In this document: piece after piece, positions 24,561 to 34,945 of the stretch
Numbering within the stretch: position 1 is the first letter of the stretch
How the letters are laid out: each line of letters begins with the position of its first letter
NCBI RefSeq assembly: GCF_001194135.2
Contig: NC_068992.1
Span: 45,118,002-45,164,617, forward strand
Direction of reading: 5' to 3'
From: Octopus bimaculoides
Lineage: Eukaryota
Length of the DNA: 46,616 nucleotides
Program-made: the position numbers and the translations under genes
Notes under the pieces: model-generated
Told to the model about the DNA's origin: nothing
Databases searched by the model: none
Seen by the model: the letters and a program-made list of their open reading frames with translations, nothing else

Positions 24561-26444
24561 AGTCACACACACATGTATATGTATACGATAAGTTTATTTT
24601 AGTTTTTGTCAACCAAATCCACTCACAAGGCTTTGGTCAGCCTGAGGCTAGAGTAGAATGGGAAAGAAAAAGACAATGAATAGATGGGATGGTCAAAGAT
24701 GGAATATCTTGAATCATAGGGTCTGTTAGATCAAAGCTGGCAAAAACAATACACACACAGAATACAGCATACACAACACAATACCATAGACACACATTAC
24801 ACACACACACACTCATGCAACACAACATGCGCACACTACACAATAAACACACACAACAGAAGATAACAGCACAATGGTCCCAAATAGTCAACACAACACA
24901 ACATGCAAATACAAACAACATTTCCCCCACAATTCTCACACAAAACAAAGGCAATGATTTTTTAAAATAATAGTAAATAAATTTTCAAATCTAGATTTTT
25001 TATAACATTTCACTTTAATCTTTCAGCATTTAAACCGATCATATCTGGCTAAAATATTCTATTTGTTTTATGTTTAAACTGGACAGATCTGGCATGTCAC
25101 ACCTACCTGAAAATGTCATTCTAATAATAAGCAATTACATCAAAATGTCAAAGCTACAAGATAATGCATTATTTATTCGAAATAACGAGAATAAATAAGC
25201 ACATTTGATAAAATAACATTCACACTGAAGGATTAGTATACACCAATTAAAGCAGTGATGGTGACAGAGAACTTCAAATAGTAAGGGTAGAGCCCCTTCC
25301 CACAGAGTACAAGAACATCACAAATGGTATTGAATGGCCTGAAAATTTCAAGTAAAGAAATTTGTGGGCAAGAAGCAAGAAAAACATGATAACAAAGGTG
25401 TGAAAGGAACAATGGAAATTGGAGAAAAACACTGTAATAAATTAAACTGGAGTAAGTTTGTGCTGATGGGAAAACATGGGAAAATGACAAAAGACAAAAT
25501 ACAAAACAGCAGCAATTCACAAATGTGTGAAAATGTAAGAAACTAAAGTGAGGTGATGTAGCTAACTATATTGAATTACTAAAATGTGAATTGATATATG
25601 AAATAATTACATTTAATGACTGACATGTTAATAGATATATGAAAATAATAATTATATTTATTAAGTAAAATGTTAATTGATATATAATTATATTTAATGA
25701 CTAAAATGAATTTTAAATAGTTTTAAAATGTTATAGTTTTAGTTCATACAATTAGAAGCAAACCTGTAACACATTTAAAGTTACAACTAAGAAATCTTTA
25801 ATTAACCCAGACATCAAATTTAATTACTAATTACTATTATTATTATAACAGGAATTATTATTTAATCAAAACATATACTGAATTATTAAAACATCCAGAC
25901 ATCAATCTAAATTACTAATCAATCCAAAGATCTACCTGAATTCTGATGAGATGTTTAAATCTCTTCAAGATAGGCAGGAGAGACAATTCCAGATCTTAAG
26001 TAATCAAAATAATTAGAATGTTGATTAATCAAGACAGGGAAATATATTTTAAATCGGGAAGATATATTTAATTTTTAGCAGAAAAGGGACAACTCACAGC
26101 ATACTTTGATATTATTAGATATGATTGCAAAACCCATTATAGTATACATTAATATTTACATGGAATTTCATGTGGCAAAATATAGAAGCAATATTGGCTA
26201 ATGTATTTTGCTGCAACAAAATGGGAAATGAATCTGGACATGTGTTCTTCATATTGGAACCCTTCAATAGACTCACTGGAAACTTACAGATTTATTGACA
26301 AATAATAAAATTGTTAAGTAATCAAAGAGAAAAGTATATTCATTGGGTGGAAAGTAATGGAATTATGAAAGCATTAAACAATTCTGGCACACCATTGAAA
26401 TAAATAACTACTACATTGTTACATATACAACCACCACCCCATGT

Positions 26445-26489
<45 letters not shown>

Positions 26490-26975
26490 TTTAAAGCAAT
26501 AAAAAGTGAAAGTAAGATTCAACAATAAAAAAAAAAATAAAATATTGATCTCTAAAATAGATAGGCTATCACATATTCACATATTTTTCAATGAAAATGT
26601 TCTGTATCAACTCCAGTATATTACTGGTAATTTATATTAATGACTCCAGAAAGACAAAACAAAGTGAATTTCTGCAGATTTTAGTGGAATCATATTAAAT
26701 TCATTTTAACTGATGTTAAGTAGGGTGGTAATATATCTTGCTGCATAAATAAAGTATATAAAACACATACACACACAATTCCTCAGTTTCAAGTCTTGTG
26801 TAGATGTGCTTTCCCATGGGAAATGTTTAAGGATTAAGGGATAGAAAAACACAACAGTGGAATATTCTATGATTTCCATCAAGTTACACTTCAAGATTAA
26901 ACTTTTAGCAATTGTTCAACCAGTAGGCATTGAGGCAGAAGCATGTACTTACTTGTTTACTCTCTCTCTCTCTCT

Positions 26976-27017
<42 letters not shown>

Positions 27018-28149
27018 AATATACAAATGCACTTTTTTATACAACTTGACATTAAAAATGAATGATCAAAAAAAAGAGGAAACAAAATATCAGGTAACAG
27101 AAGCCAATAATAGTAAGATAATCTGTGTTAAGTGTTGCCATGCCAACAAGAGAAGTCATCTTTGTTACAATAATGAAATCCCCTGTCCACTGGAGGCTGA
27201 ATGTTTACATTTATAAATCATCATCAACATTATACTACATAAAGTACAACATAGCAGTGTTTTAATTCTCCCAGTCCTTCAATTATTTTAAATCAAATAG
27301 GTTTAGCCCAAGCTAGAGCACTGACTATGTATTTGAATCATTCCATTGTAGGTTGATCTTTCTAAATACTGGGCAAACACGAGGAATGTGAGTCTTAGAA
27401 TGCAACAAAGAATAAATATTGCCAATATTCTTCTTCATTGAATTGTAGATATTGACTTTAGATTGAAAGTAGAAAGTTAAAGTGTCATTTGGGAATTGAA
27501 ATGGAATCAACTTAACCATTATTTCTAACTTGATTTTCCAATTTTTTTTTCATTCTCTACAGAGCCAGGAATAATAAAAGACAAATAATTAAAAGAGAAG
27601 TTGTGAAACTAAATAAAACAGAAATAAAATCTAACACCCACAGACAGTGATGAATTTTAAACTTCCAATATATGGCAGACACTATTTAGTATAGACATGT
27701 CACATGAAGATATGGTAATTTCAGTTGAAGAGTATAAATTAATGAAGAGGTTATCAAAAGTAAGAAGTAGGGAAAGTAAATGTTTTATATGAGATAATCA
27801 GTTCACACTTTATAAGTTTAAGAGCAAATGAAAAAAGTCTAGAATCAAAGGACACTAGTGATGGTGTGCACTGATAAAAACAGTGGATGAACTTAGGTCA
27901 AACTGGGTGAGTCTGGGTGTTGTGAAGGTGAATTATGAGGTGTTGGATATGGTCCTTTATTGAAGAAAAAGGAAATGAGATGGGAGGCTGCAAATGAAGT
28001 TGAGGTGGATCAGAATAAAGAAAAGTGGAAAAGAACATTAAAGTAGATGGTGGATTCAATTTTGAAATGACTTAAGGAAAGAAATTAGTCCATTGTTGTT
28101 CTGCCAGTGGGAGATGACACTTTTTTTCATCAAACTGATAAAAGAAAAA

Positions 28150-28330
28150 TAACTGTGACGCAAGATGTTGAACTCCAGTTCAAATTGTCATAAGATTAAA
28201 CTGAGACCAAGATGTTGGATACTGACCAAATGATATTAACATCAAACTGAAACCAAGGGTCACTGACCAACTGATCATAACATCAAGCGAAGATTAAAAA
28301 CTACTGACTAAATGGCATTAACATCAAAAT
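28150..28330. repeat. Diverged ~47-bp tandem repeat (aactgagaccaagatgttggatactgaccaaatgatattaacatcaa)
   Basis: 3-4 copies. Confidence 0.6.
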
Positions 28331-28981
28331 TTACAGTAAGAACGGCTTCAGAAGCCAAAGAATTTCTCTTGACAAATGGCTATGATGCTCCCCCACTATT
28401 TCTGCTCGTAATCGGAGATATACATATCATCAGTCACCAAGGGGCATGCTCAACTGATTATGGTCAAACAAATGACAAACAAATCTGTGATATTGAGCAG
28501 AACATTTGTTGTAGCCCATCTTTTATATCATAACAAAAATATGTACATGACAACACTTCCAATCAGTTAAGATCAAAAGCCATGAGAGCCAATGCCTTGA
28601 ACTGCATCAGAGCACTGTTATCAGTATTTATTATTATTATTATCATCATCATCATCATCACCATCATCATTATTATCATTATTATTTCATATAATTGATG
28701 GTAGGATTAACAGAATTGGAGAAATTTATTAAAACACAAATTATGTGGGTGTTTGTGCATGTGCATTTGTGTGTGTGTTCACATGTTAGTGTATGTCTGT
28801 ATGTGTGTGTATTTTTTTTTTATATTATGTGCACCCCCACCATTAATCTATATCCATGTTAATCTGTGAAATTAACCTAATCTCATCCACACTACCATCA
28901 TCGATTAAACCAGAAATATGAATGAGTAATCTACAGACAAGACTGTTAGGATTCATGTCACTAAGTAAATATGAGAAAAAT

Positions 28982-29075
28982 AACGGCCACATTCAAAATG
29001 GTGTATTTTACGTGCCACCTGGACTGGCTCCTGTGCAGGTGGCACGTAAAATAGACCATTTTGAGCATGGCCGTT
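28982..29075. repeat. 94-nt hairpin: 39-bp stem (35/39 matched) with a 16-nt loop
   Basis: aacggccacattcaaaatggtgtattttacgtgccacct versus aggtggcacgtaaaatagaccattttgagcatggccgtt. Confidence 0.85.
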
Positions 29076-29079
29076 GCTC

Positions 29080-29437
29080 AAAAGTGTAGGTATGACTGTG
29101 TGGTAAGATGCTTGCTTCCCAACCACAAGTTTCTAGGTTCAGTCCCATTGCATGGCACTTTGGGCAAGAGTCTTCTACTATAGCTCAGGCTGACCCAAGC
29201 CTTGTGTGTGGACGTGGTAGATGGAAACTTAAAGTATTTGTCTGCACCACCATCACTTGACAACCAATGTTGATGTCTTTACATCCCCATAACTTTGCGA
29301 TTCAGCAAAAGAGAACAACAGAATAAATACTACAATTACAAAGAATAAGTCATGTGATCGAAGCATTTGACTAAAACCCCTTAAAGTGGTGCTCCAGCAT
29401 GGCTGCAATCAAATGACTGAAACAAGTAAAGGAAAGA
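29080..29437 (+). mobile_element. SINE family A, near full length
   Basis: Head gactgtgtggtaag...ggttcagtccc (Pol III A/B-box-like), body and tail matching the other copies. Confidence 0.8.
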
Positions 29438-30604
29438 TTATAACCTATACGGTGGTGCACCAGCATGACCGCAGCCACTTGGCTGAAACACATAAATAAA
29501 TAAATAAATATATAATATATATACAACATATACAATATATATATATTTAAAGAGAAAGAGAATGAGAGAGAGACTCAGAGACTTTTATGCTTTTGTTTGG
29601 ATTGTCTCTCTTTCTCAGGTTTACAGGTTTAGCATTGTTATAAGGTTTGGCTGGAAACAATGTTTATTGTGACATTTCTATAACAGACAGAAGAAACCAA
29701 TGAAGCAAGTATTGTCACCATTTCTGTCTGACATAACTGCAAATCTAATTATCAATCTCCAAAATGGCTCAGTGATTAGCAATACAGAGTACCTCTCCAA
29801 AAGTCTCACAACAGAAAACGTTCAAAAATAAGAGAATGTCAAAATCTTGTTTGATAATTTTTTTTCAATACCAAACTTTGCAGAACTATCCAACCCTTAC
29901 CAGCAGAGTAAAATTGATTACAAGGGAAATGGAAAGTTAAGAAGAAAGAAATACTGAAAGAAAATTTTGATTTATCCATAGAAAATGTTTAAAATCTTTA
30001 AAAAATGGTAATATGAAGAGAGGAGAGAAAAAAAATATGTCTAGTAAAAGCGCCATCATTTCTGTGTGTTGTTGCTGGTCTGAGATTTCAAAAAGCAAAA
30101 CTAAGAGATGCCTATTAAATCATGCTGAGATAACTTATGAGAGAAAATCAACAGGATATTCTATAAATATATACATAACAACAACGAGAAAGCCAACAAC
30201 ACAGTGAGACAATGTCGACAGTTGATATATCGAGAAGTTGGAGCCATAAAACAGATGAATTATGGCAATAAATTCAGGGTTTAATATCTGTTAATGGAAC
30301 ATATAGGTGGATGAGAAAGATCTGTTTGTAGAAATAAAACAATGGAACTAAATGGATGAGGATGGGAAGGAGCAGGAAGAGGAGGCTGTTCAATAAACAG
30401 TTAAATATCAGTCCATCATTTTTAATAATCAATATCAATCATTATTCTCCTCCTCATCATTGTCATCATCATAATATATTGTCACAAGTAGCACTGATCT
30501 CTTCAAAAGTAGCAATCTCATTTTTTAAACATTTTTCACCATCTAAGGTGAGTTATGATGGCTGTAGTCTGAAGTTATCACTAAATAATTACCACTGTTA
30601 CTAA

Positions 30605-30905
30605 CATAAAGTACCCACCTATAAATATTATGTATCCAGCTATATAAAGTACCCAGATCTATAACAAAATACCAAGCTTCAGATATAATGTATTCGGTTA
30701 TAAATGTCATATAAGATATCTAGCTCTAAATATAACATGTCAACTATAATTATAATGTACCCAGCTATATAATGTAAAGTACCAAGCCACGAATACGCTA
30801 TAAGTATATTATAATGTCTCAAGCTACATAATGTCATGCACCCAACTCTGAATACACTACAATTTACTCACTCAGCTATATAATGTAATGTACCCAGTTC
30901 AAAAT
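30605..30905. repeat. Diverged ~21-bp minisatellite (ataatgtacccagctat)
   Basis: Recurrent gtacccag/tataatg units. Confidence 0.7.
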
Positions 30906-31705
30906 ACTGATCCATAGCTATAGCTTCTTCTTTCTTCAATACAGAGCAGCTTCAAAGCTAATTATGTAACAACATATGACCTATATAAAACACAAAGACT
31001 AAGACTTCAAGGAAAGTATCGTTGGTGATTTGTTGAAATATAACAGCCCCATTTCAAACATGGTGATTCAACACTTACACACAGCACAGAAAGAAAAGTT
31101 CACTATATCATATGGCAATTAAAGAAAGGCCCAACTCATTACACAATACACTCTATCTATGACATTAGAACTCACTAGTCACACTTTAAACATGATATCT
31201 GTTATTTTACAATTGCTGAACCTATATGTACATAGCAACAATGTGCTTTACACAGTTCTATAAACAAATAGTTCAGAAGCAGATCTGTAATGCTGAACCC
31301 AAAGTTGACACATTAAAATGCTACATAACATTAATAACTGTTTATCATCACAAAACTGAAATGTATATATAATCTAAATGGCAGTCATAAAGCTACATGT
31401 GTAAACGTCAGTAAAAAAGTTTGTATAGAAAACAACAATGTTGACAAGACAATATTAATAACTTAATATTTATTACAGAAATATATGTATAACAAGGCTA
31501 TATTCCTAACTCTTCATTACTACCAACATACAGTCAGGCAAGAAGACATCATTAATAAACATCAACACAATGCCAAAACATTAATACAACAGCAATACGC
31601 ATCTACACAGTAGCAGTACACATCTGCATAGGAACAATACACATCCACACTGTAGTTGTGAATAGCTATACACATCTACACACATCAGACTACATACAAT
31701 ATATA

Positions 31706-32227
31706 CAGGGTGCATAAGATACTTGAGAATATATTTATGTTTATAAAAATATAGATATATAATAACAGATTTATTTATCAAAAATGCTATGAGGATAAAA
31801 ATAAACCCACTTTTCTCTAATGTTATTCAATAAAGCCAACTTCAACCTCAACAACTGCTTCTATATGAGATCTAAGTCATTTATATGGTCGAATCAAGTG
31901 GTCCTGGTTCATTTCGGACATTACTCTGACTATGGCAGCTTTCATAGAATCTTTGGTGTTATGAGTGTATTTATTGACCTCTCTCAACAAACTTTGTAGA
32001 CCTCCTTACAAACTTTGTAGATGAAAGATCTGGCAACTTTTAAAAATCAAAATATTTCTAAATCTCTATGCTTAGCCTTTATAACTACAATAACAGCATG
32101 CCTCTTAATTTCTTGAGTAAGCTGAGGGTCTGCCATTATTATTTTCTGAAACAAAGATTATACAGAGTTAGCAAAAAATGCAGCAATTACTCAAAACAGG
32201 CATGTCCTCAAATACATACGCACCCTG
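31706..32227 (-). mobile_element. Internally deleted Tc1/mariner-superfamily DNA transposon
   Basis: TA at both flanks. Diverged TIRs CAGGGTGCATAAGATACTTGAG and (reverse complement) CAGGGTGCGTATGTATTTGAG. The minus strand ~31990-31825 encodes REVNKYTHNTKDSMKAAIVRVMSEMNQDHLIRPYK*LRSHIEAVVEVEVGFIE*, resembling a Tc1/mariner transposase C-terminus. Confidence 0.8.
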
Positions 32228-32239
32228 TATATACAAATA

Positions 32240-32530
32240 CAGGCACAGGAGTGGCTGTGTTGTAAGTAGCTTGCTTACCAACCACATGGTTCCAGGTTCA
32301 GTCCCACTGCGTGGCACCTTGGGCAAGTGTCTTCTACTATAGCCTCAGGCCGACCAAATGTCTTCTACTATAGCCTCAGGCCGACCAAAGTTAGAGACTA
32401 ATAGAATAAATACTAGGCTTGAAGACAAAACCTAAGTCCAGGGGTTGATTCGTTCAACTAAAATTCTTCAAAATGGTGCTCCAATATGGCTACAGTCTAA
32501 CAACTGGAAAAAGCAAGCAATAAAAAGATA
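32240..32530 (+). mobile_element. SINE family A with an internal ~31-bp tandem duplication and an internal deletion
   Basis: ggagtggctgtgttgtaag...ggttcagtccc head; gtcttctactatagcctcaggccgaccaaa occurs twice. Confidence 0.8.
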
Positions 32531-32749
32531 AAAATAACAGTCTTTAATCTATACTTATATGAATAGCTAGATCTATCAACAGTCTTTAATCTATAATGAT
32601 GTAAATAGCTAGATCTATCAACTATCATAAGTCTTTATTCCACATCCATATCAAAAGTTAGATCTAACATTAGTCTTTAATGCATATTAGTATGACTAGC
32701 CAGATGTATCAATTATCAATAATCTTTAATTCATATTGATATGAATAAC

Positions 32750-33008
32750 CAAGGTCATCAGCTGTCGAACGCCGACGAAGGGAAATAACCCTGAAATCCG
32801 GATACGTTCGTGCTGCTGGTCGAGGTGAGAGGGATAACTCCCTTGGCAAACAGGACACAGTCGTGTGTCGATAAGCCAGCTGGAGGAGATGTCCTCCTGG
32901 GGCTAAAAGCAACAGTAACATCCACCCCTAGGGGTCAGCCACACTTAAGTGGCAATATACTACACTTTATCGTGCAGTTACTGTTAATACTTCATTTAGA
33001 GAATTAAC
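32750..33008 (+). mobile_element. 259-bp GC-rich retrozyme-like element, copy 1, with 15-bp flanking direct repeat ATTGATATGAATAAC
   Basis: Sharp GC/CpG-rich insert in an AT-rich minisatellite. The direct repeat is at 32735-32749 and 33340-33354 (partial at 33009-33017). Carries a hammerhead motif and five further hairpins. Confidence 0.7.
32766..32810 (+). ncRNA. Minimal type I hammerhead ribozyme motif (U4C core variant); second copy at 33097-33141
   Basis: Helix I CGAACG/CGTTCG; core CCGACGA; helix II AGGG-AAATAA-CCCT; GAAA; palindromic helix III ATCCGGAT; cleavage triplet AUA (cut predicted after 32804). Confidence 0.75.
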
Positions 33009-33080
33009 ATTGATATGNNNNNNNNNNNNNNNNNNNNNNNNNNNNNNNNNNNNNNNNNNNNNNNNNNNNNNNNNNNNNAC

Positions 33081-33339
33081 CAAGGTCATCAGCTGTCGAA
33101 CGCCGACGAAGGGAAATAACCCTGAAATCCGGATACGTTCGTGCTGCTGGTCGAGGTGAGAGGGATAACTCCCTTGGCAAACAGGACACAGTCGTGTGTC
33201 GATAAGCCAGCTGGAGGAGATGTCCTCCTGGGGCTAAAAGCAACAGTAACATCCATCCCTAGGGGTCAGCCACACTTAAGTGGCAATATACTACACTTTA
33301 TCGTGCAGTTACTGTTAATACTTCATTTAGAGAATTAAC
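33081..33339 (+). mobile_element. 259-bp retrozyme-like element, copy 2
   Basis: Identical to copy 1 except one C/T substitution (catccacccct vs catccatccct). Separated from copy 1 by a 61-N gap. Confidence 0.65.
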
Positions 33340-34469
33340 ATTGATATGAATAACTAAATCTATCAATAGTTTCCAACTCATATTAATAAAAATAACCAGA
33401 TCTATCAGCTATCATAAGTCTTTAATCGACAGTCATATGAACAGCTACACCTATCATCAGTCTTAAATTCATACTAATATGACTAGCCAAATTTATCACC
33501 ATTAAAAGAGTTTATTATCCATACTAATATGATTAGCCTGATCTATCAATTCATTATTTTTGCTGTAGAAAACAAAAATTGATTCAATTATGAATGTATT
33601 GGATCTTTTTTTTATCTCCTCATATTAATTTTTTTAATAATATTTAATAATGGACACCTTTATGCTTTGGTTCCACCTTCTTTAGTATATCAACATTTTT
33701 GTTTTAAACTGGTTAATTAGCTACAGCTAATTAACAAAAAGTCTGTTTTGTTTTGTTTTTGTTTGGAAACAAAAGAAAGCCTGGAAACCGTTTCTATAAT
33801 ACATAGAATCTTCATTTACATTTATTTAAGAATTTAGTTTTAAATCATGAAATACATGAGGAATGGTCACAGTTGGTACAGAAGATAGGACTAATAATTA
33901 ATGGTAAGATGTTTGAAACCTGTAGTTTTGTGGTTCACAAGTCTATTTTGGCTAAGCATTACCTTTCAAATTTACTGAATAAAATAAAATAAATACAGTA
34001 TTGACTTAGTAGAGAGAAAGTGCATTCTGAATTCAACTATGGATTCATGTACTGAGTGGATGTTTGAGATAAAAGTTAGGAGGCAAACAGTTTTCCGATG
34101 AAATTCTACCATTGCTGTTTTTGAATAGTACTCTGGTAAATACAGAAGTGAAACCGACTAGTGAATATTTTTACCAGTTCATAGTAACCAAGCTGATTCT
34201 AAAATTTTCCTTGTGTCTTACACTCTTTTCAATAGTCATTGACTTTGTCATTTATCAGAGCCGTGTCCTTTTTGTTTGTTTGTGTGCATGTGTATATGCA
34301 TATGTATGTATGTGTGTATGCATGTATGTGTGTGCATATATATGTGTGTGTGTGTGTGTGTGTTTACGTTTGCATGTATGTATGTATGTATGTATGTGTT
34401 CTGCATATTCATGCATTTGTGTGTTCGTGTTTATGTGTTTGTATGTGTGTGTCTGTTTGTAGACTTTAA

Positions 34470-34945
34470 CTTGTCCATAAATAGTACAGCATCATTCCTA
34501 TCCACAGCTAACCCTAGTAGGACAGTTAGATCCAGCTGCAACTACCGATCTGGTGCTGAATGCCTGCTGCAAGCCCATTGCAGAAGATTTAGCATTGTGT
34601 ACCAATGCACTGTCCACAACACACAGCACAATTCTACAAGCCATTACAACGGATCTATAATTAACTTTAAGCAGAGATATTCTGCACATCTGAACTCATT
34701 TAGATATGAAGAGCATAACAAATCCACATCCCTAGCCAACCACAGGTACTATCTGATAAGTAAGAAAATGCCATATAGGATAACCTGGTCCTTAGTAGAT
34801 TTTGATGTCCCATACCAAGGCTAGCACTCTAAATGTTGACTCTGGCTTAAAGAAGCCCTTCAAATATTAATTCACAATTCACCACAGCTACTTAATAGAC
34901 AGCATGAAGCATTCTTTTCACACAAACATAAGTACTATTGTATCT
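34470..34945 (+). mobile_element. Decayed Penelope-like element, GIY-YIG endonuclease region
   Basis: SCNYRSGAECLLQAHC..FSIVYQCTV...SHYNGSIINFKQRYSAHLNSFRYEEHNKSTSLANH..YLISKKMPYRITWSLV...PY matches the PLE pattern CNC...CPL...C....IVY.A.V....Y.G......FK.RY..H..SF........T.LS..IW.L.......I.W. The continuation reads C*LWLKEALQIL...LNR. Confidence 0.8.

Larger units (their letters stand above)
32535..33550. repeat. AT-rich minisatellite (aatagctagatctatcaa...agtctttaat), interrupted by the hammerhead element
   Basis: The same units continue on both sides of 32750-33339. Confidence 0.8.

Noticed and set aside
15850-33550. Regularly spaced repeats as CRISPR-like arrays
   Set aside because: The units are contiguous, diverged minisatellites with no unique spacers, in a eukaryotic intron-containing context with no cas genes.
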